This document shows, in pieces, positions 1 through 10,460 of a stretch of 64,000 bases of DNA; position 1 is the stretch's first letter; each line of letters starts with the position of its first letter. Made by a program: the position numbers and the translations under genes. The DNA is taken from positions 38,502,001 through 38,566,000 of the forward strand of contig NC_043009.1 in NCBI RefSeq assembly GCF_006345805.1. Reading direction: 5' to 3'. Origin of the DNA: Octopus sinensis. Its lineage: Eukaryota. A model generated the notes under the pieces. That model saw only the letters and a list, made by a program, of their open reading frames with translations. It made no database searches and was not told where the DNA came from.

Positions 1-21
1 CACACACCATTCGCGTGTGCA

Positions 22-385
22 TCTCTCTCTATATAAACGGCAGTTTGTCTGTGCTTGTTTCTGTGGGTCGACCACGGCTTTCAACCGATTCTGATGAAAC
101 TTGACACACACATAGCCCAATGTCATAATTCAAAACTAACGCAGCGAAAATTTTGAAAAGTTCCCCCAGTTCTGAAAAAACTCGATAAATTCGACATGGG
201 GTCGAGAATCAGAAACACAAACCACAGACTGTCTAGGGGACGCAACTCGACCTTTTTTAACTCTCAAACAAAAATTTACCATAATTTTTTTTCCATTTTT
301 TTGCTATTTTTTGGCTATAACTCTCTAAAAATGCTTTATAGTTATTTCCCTTACAAACCTGAGCAACGCCGGGCGATACTGCTAG
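22..385 (+). mobile_element. Non-autonomous Helitron-like element
   Basis: A|TCTCTCTCTATATAAACGGCAG 5' end; 3' GC-rich imperfect hairpin (CCTGAGCAACGCCGGG) followed by CTAG|T at 382-386; inserted between A and T with no TSD, as Helitrons do. Confidence 0.7.
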
Positions 386-663
386 TGTATATATAAAATA
401 CAAATTCACAGGTTTAATGTTCGTGGAATTAGTTTCTGTCACGAAAGCGAACGATGATTTGATTATCTCCTCCTGATCTCCTAGGGCTGTAAGAATGCAG
501 GCGTACAATTTTTATTAGGTTTCTTCCCTTTCGCATGCTTATAAATATAGGGCAGACGATTGGCAGAATAGCTCAATCACCATACATATGCATGTTACTA
601 TGTGTCTCGAGTTGTTTCTTTCATAGTTCAAATCTCGCCCAGGTGAACTTTGCATTTTCTTCT

Positions 664-718
664 ATCGATAAATTAGTGTAACTGTCACAAAATCGATAAA
701 TTAGTGTAACTGTCACAA
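664..718. repeat. Tandem duplication, 28-bp period, 2 copies
   Basis: ATCGATAAATTAGTGTAACTGTCACAA at 664-690 and 692-718. Confidence 0.9.
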
Positions 719-752
719 GTTGGCTACAAAAAAAAAAAATTAATAAAAGAAA

Positions 753-944
753 GCGGGTGGATGCAAAATAATCTATAATTGTGTTACTCTCTTCTGTTTA
801 CTCTTCTTTCATACGGGTGGAACTAAGTTTTCTATAGTTTTTTCTATTGTGTTTGCTTCTTCTATTGTCATTTTCCCTTCTTTATTTCAATGCGGTTATT
901 CATTGTATTAACCTAGAAAAATAATGCACAGATAAATCGTGACA
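753..944 (+). repeat. Dispersed duplicate, copy 1 (copy 2 at 5323-5498)
   Basis: GCGGGTGGATGCAAAATAATCTAT...GCACAGATAAATCGTGACA is near-identical at both sites apart from small indels. Confidence 0.9.
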
Positions 945-2559
945 CCGATAAGTCAGTTCCTGTCTCCTTTTGTCCATTTTCCTTTGAATCGGCTGTAGCA
1001 CTCAGTATTAAGGACTTAGGACTCTCTCAGAGTATCGCTTTCCCCCAAGACAACAACGTTTATTCTGGCGCGGTTATAGAATATGGCTGGCAAGATTGTG
1101 ACAGAAAATGGTACATAATAATGATATTAGTGAATCCCAGTACGCATATGAGTCATTTTGTAATTGAACTTCAATTTCTAAAGAGTGTGTAATTGTTTTG
1201 TATTAAACCATGTCATAAATTAAATAAGCATAAGACAAAAACTTAATTTTTAGCTCAGAACTCTTCCACTCCTCTCAACTTGGCAGATAATTAAATATAT
1301 GGTTGGCTTCGTATCTTATAACTGTTGGTTAATTTTCTCTATTTAGCTTCCCTTTACAATGTTTGGAGAAGCAGAAATACGGAATTATTTTTTTAATCTT
1401 TTATTTTTGTTTTGTCTGTAAAATAAACAAATCTACACGTAGTAAATAATTAGATAAATATATCACCTCCCGTGTTCGTTTAGTTTCGGTTTGTATGGTG
1501 AGATAATGTCTTTACCAGCTGCAATTTAATTTGTGTATAACAAAATACGTACTGCTTGTTCAAAGGAAACCATTTTGGACCATTTCTTCGAAGCCTTGTA
1601 CATTACAAGCCTATAAATGAAACACATTAATTCAGTGACCTTTATATTCACAGAAAAATATTTTTATTTATTAGGGATAATAATTAATGTTAGAATTAGA
1701 ATATGTGAGAATAATCATCCAATTAGTAAATAGTAACAGTTTATCTGTTTTTACATAGAGCAATGGTTAGAAAAATATCACACGTTATCTTCATTTTTTT
1801 CCCCACCCTATTTTGCTAAGTTCCGATTTCCTTCGGGTAAAGATCACTTTCATTAAACGATCGTTTGGCGATTTCTTTCCACCTTTGATCTTTATTTTGA
1901 CTTTTGTAAATTTGGATGATTTTCAACAGCACTAAGCTTTCGTTAATATGATAATTGAGCTGTGCCACAAACACCTTTCGTACCAGCGTAGAGAAAGAAA
2001 CATTGATTATATTTGTAGTTTGTTGAATATATCGACAACAGAGCTGATCGTTCATATAATTGCTTTGCGAAGTTGGGGGACAAACACAGCAGAAACAGCT
2101 TATCTGTTGGCAACGAGCACAAGACATTTAAATTCTTCTGCCATTTGCATCAAAATATAAATGTTTTTAATCTTTTAACTGAATTAGCTTATAAAGTACG
2201 AAATAATTTTTCTACTTTTTCCGAAGTTTGAAAGGATTAAAATTTCCATAGTGATAAAAAAAAAGAAAGAGAAAAGAACAAGATTGTAATATTCTTTTAT
2301 TTTCTTTTAGTTATTTCGGTCATTTGGCTGCGGCCATGCTGGAGCACCGCCTTGAAGAATTTAACGTGCGCAGTGATATGGCGTTGTGGTTAAGAAGCTC
2401 ACTTTGTAGACACACGCTTTCGGGTTCAGTTCCACTCTGCAGCGCTTTGGACGGGTATCTTTTACTACAGTCCCGAGTTAACCAATGTCTTGTAAGTGAA
2501 GTTGGTAACTGAGTGGAAGCCTGTCGTATATATATATATACACGCACGCACATATCCAC

Positions 2560-2847
2560 ACTTACACACACATTCCTCCTCTACCATTCTGCTGTCTTTG
2601 ACAATACTACTCTCCTGTCTTTGAAAACATCTTTCTTCACCCTTTTCCTTCCGGTCTTTCAAAATGTGACCTCGTGTGTACCGTTGGCGATTTTTTTCCC
2701 TCTGTCTTCCCTTCTCTGGATCTTTCCTTCTCCTATGTTTCCGACGAAGAGCTCCGCTCGAAACGTTTCCTGAGCGTCCAATAATACTATATTTGTTCCA
2801 CGCCCTCGCGTTGTTGTGTTTTTTTTTTTGTGCTTTCTTGTTTGGAT

Positions 2848-2850
<3 letters not shown>
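2560..2850 (+). mobile_element. 3' terminal fragment of a Penelope-like element, with degenerate hammerhead-like motif (2736-2767)
   Basis: CCGACGA-A-GAGC-TCC-GCTC-GAAACGTT followed by TCCTGAGCG..TAATAC, paralleling the Penelope end at 22672-22803; both abut (TA)n. Confidence 0.6.
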
Positions 2851-2885
<35 letters not shown>

Positions 2886-3074
2886 TGTGTGTATATGTCC
2901 GTTTGTGTGTGCGTATGTATGTGTGCGCGTGTGTGCCCCTCCGTCGCTTGAGAAACGGTGTTGGTTTGGTTAGATACTGGCAACTTAGCTTTTAGGTAAA
3001 ATTGACCGACAGAACAAGTACCAAACTTGAAAATAAAAACAAAGTACTGGGGTCAATATGTTCGACTAAATTGT

Positions 3075-3175
3075 ATTCTGATATTGCTTTTGTGAAACTC
3101 TCTCCTTGAAAATACCCCCACAGAGCGTTGTCGCAGGTCTTGAGGTCTGGACATTTGGTGGTGATGGTTGGGGGC
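3075..3175 (-). pseudogene. Tc1/mariner transposase C-terminal fragment
   Basis: Minus frame PTITTKCPDLKTCDNALWGYFQGE resembles the WPPRSPDLxPxDxxLWG motif. Confidence 0.5.
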
Positions 3176-3382
3176 ATATTTGAGACCCCTGGAAATGAAT
3201 TTAATAGTTGGCAAATATTCTGCCAACTCTTTCTCAATTTCACTCTTTTGAAAGAGGGCGAGGACGTCGAGCGACTTCGAGTACTTTTGCAGCACCACCG
3301 TCCTCTCTTCAAAGTATTTCATCCACTGTTTGGGCGGGACAATTTCCCACTCCAACACAGTGTTATTTATCTTCTTTGTCAT
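3176..3382 (-). pseudogene. N-terminal fragment of Tx1/L1-type ORF1 (gag-like)
   Basis: MTKKINN..KYFEERTVV..EIEKELAEYLPTIKFISRGLKY aligns by eye with KWYNKRTII..WIEEALRRSEEEIIFLTRGSKY at 11.6-11.7 kb. Confidence 0.55.
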
Positions 3383-4588
3383 GTTTCGTTTTTGAAAAAA
3401 GTCCACAAAAAACAAAAGCTCAAAGTTTAAAAAAACAACAAAAATACAGGAAGGAAGAAGACGAGGAACAGTTAAAAAAAAATCACAGCAATTTTTTCTG
3501 TCTGTCCTGGTACTCCTGGCTAACTTGGTAATCCTACTGGCAAGGTGATGCTCCAACAAGGCCGCAGTCCAATAACTTCATGCCGTAGGTGAGTAAAAGA
3601 AAATAATGTAAAATTTAATTTGTGGAACTTACTCGAACCTATAAAATCTATCGCCTTCTAAATGTTTTACTCTAGTTCTAGTTGGTCTTATCTTCTTTAC
3701 AATAGATTGTGATAACAAACGCATACATAGCAACAAAAATAAAGAAAAGAAACAACACAAAAAAGAAACAAAACCATTCTCACTCGTATATTCACAAAGG
3801 CATAAAAACACATCTGCAAAATACACACACAGAGAAAATAAATTTACGCAAACACACCTACACGTTAAGTTCTATCTTTGCTTCTATAAACATAAAACTG
3901 TTTTCTTTTTCCGACTAATATTTTCCGAAAGAAAAATTACTTGTCTTGTATTTCTTTACAGATCCGTGCGAACACAAAATTGATGACATGACAAACTCAG
4001 TTACAAGACGGGGGGAAAAGCTAATCTGCACTTAAAACTTTTCTTCATTGATCTGAAAGTACATGGACACCCCTAATATATCTTATAAGTCTGTGTCTGT
4101 AAGAAGAAAAAAAAAAACAACAAAAAAAAAGAAAAGAAAAAATTGAAAAGAAAACCCAAATGTTCCGGTTTTAACGTCCAGTTTTATAATAAAAGAAAAC
4201 CATCAAGTCTTGGTACTGAAACTGATGGGAAAAGATTATCGAAGTTCGAAGACCTCATTAATCACTTGATCCTGAGTTTTATTCGTGTTGCCCTCAAACC
4301 GAAAGAGTAAATTTTATGTATCCTTATTTGTTATTGACACAAATTATAAATTGAATTAAGCATGATGCAGACCAGTGATTCTTTGTTTAAGATTCTGAAG
4401 GGAGACACATAGTGATTGAGCAGCTTTATTGTTACAGTCTTTTAATTCTTTATTTGTAGTGAAGACTCTAAGAAGTTTGGTTGTATCTAGGGAGGACTGT
4501 AACAGGCACTTTAAAAATACACACGAAATAGTTTAAGAAGTGTTATGTTAGAAAATATCTCAATTGTACAGAAATGGATGGAATTTCT

Positions 4589-5148
4589 TATTTCTTTATT
4601 GCCCACAAGGGGCTAAACATAGAAGAGACAAACAAGGACAGACAAAGGGATTAAGTCGACTACATCCACCCCATTGCGTAACTGGTACTTAATTTATCGA
4701 CCCCGAAAGGATGAAAGGAAAAGTCGACCTCGGCGGAATTTGAACTCAGAACGTAGCGGCACACGAAATACCTATTTCTTTACTACCCACAAGGGGCTAA
4801 ACACAGACAGGACAAACGGATTAAGTCGACTGTATCGACACCAGTGCGTAACTGGTACTTATTTAATTGACCCCGAAAGGATGAAAGGCAAAGTCGACCT
4901 CGGTGGAATTTGAACTCAACGTAACGGTAGACGAAATACCTATTTCTTTATTACCCATAAGGTGCTAAACATAGAGGGGACAAACAAGGACAGACATAGG
5001 TGTTAAGTCGATTACATCGACCCTAGTGCGTAACTGGTACTTAATTTATCGACCCCGAGAGGATGAAAAGCAAAGTCCTCTTCGGCGGAATTTGAACTCT
5101 GAACGTAGCTAAGCATTTCGCCCGGCGTGCTAACGTTTCTGCCAGTTC
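4589..5148 (-). mobile_element. tRNA-headed SINE multimer: one head plus three body+tail units
   Basis: Units start (plus strand) TATTTCTTTA[T/C]T[G/A]CCCA at 4589, 4773, 4941; single head rc(GCTAAGCATTTCGCCCGGCGTGCTAACGTTTCTGCCAG) at ~5108-5148. Confidence 0.85.
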
Positions 5149-5322
5149 CGATAAATCCTACTATTTCTGTTAAAAATCTATTGTCTAGTAAGTATTTTAA
5201 GTAATTTAGTCTACTAAATGTTCTGAACAATTTACCAGTAATTATATACGACAGGGAAAATAGTTTACAAAGAGGAAGTGAGTTGGACATACACACACAC
5301 GAAAAAATAATAATAAAATAAT

Positions 5323-5498
5323 GCGGGTGGATGCAAAATAATCTATGATTGTGTTACTGTCTTCTGTTTACTCTCTTCTTTCATACGGGTGGATCTACAT
5401 TTTCTATAGTTTCTTCTATTGTCATTTTTCCTTCTTTATTTCAATGCGGTTATTCATTGTATTAACCTAGAAAAATAATGCACAGATAAATCGTGACA
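5323..5498 (+). repeat. Dispersed duplicate, copy 2 (copy 1 at 753-944)
   Basis: Direct sequence match to 753-944. Confidence 0.9.
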
Positions 5499-6842
5499 TA
5501 GGAAAACACTCCTCGAAAGAAAACTGTTATTAAATCAAACGACGAGAGCGATATCAAGAAGACACTATACACTCGCTGCTGTGTGTATACATTTTTATGC
5601 ATTTTATGTTTATTAGGCAAAAATATATATTTATCTATTACTGTTTTTATTTTTAGTTTTATCGCTGACAGTTTATTCTTTTTGTTTGGTTTATGATCTG
5701 TCTCTCCGGTTCCGACACCTTTCAAATTTGACGTTTTGCAGCTCGAGATATTTTTATGAGTCGTTAGCTCCTTCCTTTGAAAGGATTACTATTCATTTCC
5801 AACCTGTTGTGCTATGGTTTATTTATAATCTACAACGAAAACCTAAAGTAGATGCTTACACTGCCGAACAATTGACAACAAATAACAATGAAGGCTTACT
5901 GCTGTTGTTTTAATAATAATAACAAAATACGAAACAAGTGTTTCAAATACAGTGATACACAAATTTAGTAAATAAATAATTCAGTCAAAAATTATGATTT
6001 TTAATAGGTGCATAGATAGAGCTCTGTGGTTAACAAGTTTGCTTCAACACCCAATGGCTTTCAGTTCATTCTCTTTGCGCAGCATCTTGGGTAAACATCT
6101 TAAAGTATAGTCTCAGGCCAACCAATTACTGGTCGTTGAATTTGATAAACGGAAACTGTTTAGTTCTGGGGTGGATTCGTTCAAGTGAACCCTCCTCTTC
6201 ATGATCGCAGTCCAGTGACCGAAGCAAGTGAAAACGTACCCTGCATTCTTCTAATGTATTATAATTTTAAATATGATAAATACTAGTTCACCGTTGAGGA
6301 AAATTTATTCAAATCTGCACAGGATTTAGTGATTCATCCATCATCCCTATTATTAATGTCCATTCCCTATGTCTTTTTTTTCCATTCATAAGATACTTCA
6401 ACGACGAACAGGTGCTAACTTTAAAGAAAGAATCAGGTCTGTATGATACCTAGGGTAATTCCCCCGCTATGCAGACGTTCATTTGTTGATAATAAAAGAA
6501 CAAAAAACTTAACCTGAATAGTAAACTTTTATAGACTCCCAAAGGTTTTCAACCACTTCACCATGCCCAGCTGTTTTTTAATATCGTATATCTCCCTTCT
6601 TACTACTTGTGTTGATATCCAGTATTTATGAGCCTGCCATTCTATTCCCTCTTTCTGCTAGATACTGTTCCTTATCCGAATCAGCATTAGTCACTTGGAC
6701 TTTTATACATGTCAATTATTATTCTTCGGCCATACTAGGGCACTGCTTTGAAGATTCTGGTCGAACAAATCAAATCCAGAACTTCCTTTTCTTTAAATTC
6801 GAGTATTTTTCCTATCTCCGTAACATAGCTGAACCACTATGT

Positions 6843-7106
6843 TAAATAATAAATAAATGCGCCCTTTTAAAGCCTAGCCAGGCTCACGGGCCCGTTTTCC
6901 CGGTTTCAATGGCGTATGTCTTCCCCAGCTGGACGAGACGCCAGTCCATCGCAGCGTTATTCATTTTTGCCAGCTGAGTGGACTGGGGAAACGTGAAATG
7001 AATTGTTTTGCTCAAGAACACAACGCGTCGCCCGGTCCAGGAATCGAAACCACAATCTTACGATCATGATGCTGACACCCTAACCACTAAGCCACGCCCC
7101 TTCACT
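6843..7106 (-). mobile_element. tRNA-derived SINE (second family), (ATTT)n-like tail
   Basis: Minus strand has A-box/B-box-like GTGGCTTAGTGGTTAGG..GGTTTCGATTCC head; the same family recurs at 61286-61807. Confidence 0.8.
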
Positions 7107-7399
7107 GAACCGCTATGTTACGGAGACATAAACAAACCAAGTTCAACTGACAAGAAACACAAACACACACATTACGCGTGCGCATATACATACAAATACA
7201 CATATACCACAAGTTTCCACACAGTTTCCTTCTATCAAACTCAACCACAATGACTTGGTCAGTCCGGAGCTATAGTGAAAGACACCTGCTCAAGTTTCCA
7301 ATCATATGGTTGCGAAGTGAACTTCTTACCCGCGCAGTTGTTCTCGTATATGATTTTCAGTTCATGATAAATAATAACAAAAAAGAAAAAAAGAAAGAA

Positions 7400-7552
7400 G
7401 TGGCTGTGTGGTAGGTAGCTGGCTTACGAACCACATGGTTCCATGTTCAGTCCCACTGCGTGGCACCTTGGGGAAGTGCCTTCTACCATAGCCTCGGGCT
7501 GAGCAAAGCCTTTTGTGTGGATTTAGTAGACGGAAATCGAAAGAAGCCCATC

Positions 7553-7626
<74 letters not shown>

Positions 7627-7830
7627 TTGTGTGTCTGTGTTTGTCCCACCAACATCGCTTGACGACTGATGCTGGTGTGTTTACGTCCCCGTAAATTAGC
7701 GGTTCGGCAAAAGACACCGATAGAATAAGTACTAGGCATACAAAGAATAAGTCCTGGGGTCGATTTGTTCGACTAAAGGTGGTGATCCAGGATTGCCACA
7801 GTCAAATGACTGAAACAAGTAAAAAAGTAT
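7400..7830 (+). mobile_element. tRNA-derived SINE (third family, central (TA)n(TG)n)
   Basis: GTGGCTGTGTGGTA..CCACATGGTTCC..TTCAGTCCCACTGCG head, internal microsatellite, tail ..CAAATGACTGAAACAAGTAAAA; repeated at 28311, 31136, 40588. Confidence 0.85.
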
Positions 7831-8855
7831 AGCTCTTTTCAGTTTAGCTGCACTTGTGGAAATTCTAAAGTTTAGTGAAATTTTTTTAAATTTGGTATAT
7901 GATGTAATTTTCCACCCTGAACCTAAGCGGGTATTTAACATTTTCTAGAATTCTTTTAAAAAAAGTTACAGAGGTTTGAAGTCTAATAATTTTTGCCGAG
8001 TCAGAAAACAGGATTTCGAAGCTGTAATTTTGTGCGTGGCAGCAGATGTTGTCAACTGTAAACAAATGAAATACCAGCGGAATTCCGTTTTAAGAACGAC
8101 ATATAACCCCTCATAACTGATTTTATCTTTTGGGACTTTTAGAAAATTTTTACGAATTTGTATTCTACATATGGGAATTCATACGATATGTGCAAAAACC
8201 AAAAAAAAAAAAAAAATTAGCTGTTATTTTTAGCACACCTCACGATCAACTCATACCTCGTGTTTAAGCATTTAATAAGCGAAAAAATGGCCACGTGGAT
8301 TGACAGTACCACAACAGACGGATAAGGTGCTTAGTAACAGTTTGGTTTGTTACCGTGGAAATAGGCACCTATACGTCTGGTTTTCGATTGGCTAAAATTA
8401 CCCAAATTTTGCACACTTTAAGAGCCATTAACTCATTATTGATTTATAGCGAAAATGAATTTCATATCAATAATTACCATACAAAACTACACCAAAAGGC
8501 CCAATATGAAATCGATTGGAACAGAAATTAAAGAAACTCAAAAGTGGCAACCAAAACAGAAAAGATCTAAAAGCACTAATTTAATGTATGGGATTCATTG
8601 TACAATTCAATTGGTGACTATTTCGATGTTAAGCAGGGACAGTATCTCCTACCGTTCCTGTTCATGTGACCAGACACGAAGGTGTTAAACGCACATATTA
8701 GAAGACAGTTCAATCCAGAATACTAATCCCGTTTTGCTACTGACAAATACAGAGCAGAGCAGAACATTACTGAAGGTGAACATCAGCATCCGTTTTAGAG
8801 AAGTCTAGGAAAACACCAAAAGTTTTGGGATCTTTTATTCTTTCGAATTGTTTGA

Positions 8856-8913
<58 letters not shown>

Positions 8914-8915
8914 CA

Positions 8916-8990
<75 letters not shown>

Positions 8991-9597
8991 TATATATATA
9001 TATATGTATGTATGTATGTATTTATGCAAATATATACATGTGTGTGTATGTGTGTGTGGTGTGTGCAAATACCAGTATATCAAGTAACCTTCAACAAAAG
9101 TTCTCGATTTATGAAGAATTATCTTCACTTATAGATGATGTATCATAATTACCAAGAGACCACCTCCACTTGAGAAGAGACAATAATCTCAAGATCGAAG
9201 ATTCTCCGAAACTGACATACCATTAAAGAAAAGGACAGATTTATTGTTTTGAAATAAGAAGACAGTCGTGGACAAGTTTTTTTTCTGCCTCAATAGCTTT
9301 CAAGCAGTATCCGACAACTGTCCGACCTTATCTCCAAGAGCCAAGCAACTTATACAAAAGTTATACAAAACAGAGTAGAAAGCAGTAATGGCCTAGGTAT
9401 ATATATGTATAACTAAGTGAATGAATTTCATCTAGCTGTACTTCTCTCACTATAAAATCGTCTGAAAGAGATAGGGGTTCTGTTTTTATGACACAAGATA
9501 AATGGTTAAAAAAACAAACAATATGCTATTTCCACCGCCTTTTTCAACTGATAAGTTAGTTCTTATTGTAATCCAATGTAACAAATATTCATTAAAT

Positions 9598-9919
9598 CAG
9601 GGGTTCTTAACCGGGCTCCATATAATCGTTGGGGGTCTATATGGCCTTTGGGGGTCCATATAATCGTTGGGAGTGTATATTGGCTTTTGGGGGTTCATAT
9701 GACCTTTTGGCGGTGGGTCCATATAAGATTTTGTTGTTAAAATATATCTGCAATAAGTTGCTTACACTTCTACAATACGGGAAATATTTTCCCCTTTTTT
9801 AATACAATTCCTAATAATACAGTATGATCCTTTTTTATAAACATCGAATGGCGATGGCGGTCCACTAGAATATAGAGAAATAAAAAGGGTCTATAGGCAA
9901 AAATGACCGAGAAACACTG
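9598..9919. mobile_element. hAT-like MITE
   Basis: Ends CAGGGGTTCTTAACC ... GACCGAGAAACACTG form imperfect hAT-type TIRs; internal GGGGGTCCATATAATCG repeats; no clear 8-bp TSD. Confidence 0.5.
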
Positions 9920-9932
9920 CTTTGTTCAATTA

Positions 9933-10153
9933 CTCTTTTACTTGTTTCAGTCATTTGACTGTGGCCGTGCTGGAGCACCGCCTTTTGTCGAGCAAATCTA
10001 CTCCAGGACTTATTCTTTGTAAGCCTAATACATATTCTATCGGGCCTCTTTTTGCCGAACGGCTCGGTTACGGGGACGTAAACACACCAGCATCGGTTGT
10101 CAAGCTATGTTGGGGTAACAAACATAGACACACAAATATATACACTCGCATAC

Positions 10154-10184
<31 letters not shown>
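9933..10184 (-). mobile_element. 3' half of a central-(TA)n SINE split by the ribozyme array
   Basis: Matches rc of the 3' half of the 7400-7830 family; the missing 5' half lies at 13336-13503 in the same orientation. Confidence 0.8.
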
Positions 10185-10191
<7 letters not shown>

Positions 10192-10348
10192 TTTATATAT
10201 AGAGGGCATTATACATACATGCCAGAAGGCATTATACATACATGCCAACGCTAAGAGGGACAATTAGTCATTTCTACCAAAAATATTACTAATCCCACCG
10301 AATGCAATTTTTCAAAGTAAGACATTTAAAAAAAAAATAAAAAAATAT

Positions 10349-10396
10349 AGACCTGTATCACAGTGATTTCATACTTACGTACTCATCAGCAGGCCT
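10349..10396 (-). ncRNA. Type I hammerhead ribozyme, copy 1
   Basis: Exact reverse complement of 13020-13067; predicted cleavage after A17 = 10356. Confidence 0.85.
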
Positions 10397-10460
10397 GAAT
10401 GTATTATAAATAAACAACGACCCTGCCCCGCTTAAGCCGATCAGCTAACTGCTCAACATC

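Noticed and set aside
91-100. CTGATGAAAC as a hammerhead core
   Set aside because: No stem II or flanking stem I pairing; lies inside the Helitron-like element.
3053-3559. 168-aa ORF as a single gene
   Set aside because: Composite of SINE tail, LINE UTR/ORF1 fragment and out-of-frame mariner sequence.
4589-5100. Regularly spaced repeats as a CRISPR array
   Set aside because: Units are whole SINE bodies with no unique spacers; eukaryotic context, no cas genes.
7400-7470. tRNA-like sequences with A- and B-boxes (also 28311, 31136, 40588, 7106, 61807)
   Set aside because: They continue into SINE bodies and lack a complete cloverleaf; SINE heads, not tRNA genes.
7850-8520. DNA-transposon-like non-coding segment (similar feel at 13560-14040)
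   Set aside because: Could not identify TIRs or TSDs by eye.
8767-9148. Many ORFs rich in [12 protein letters not shown] (also 17.5-18.3, 23.7-24.0, 29-30, 34.6-35.0 kb)
   Set aside because: Translations of (TA)n, (CA)n and (TACA)n microsatellites, which lack stops in most frames.
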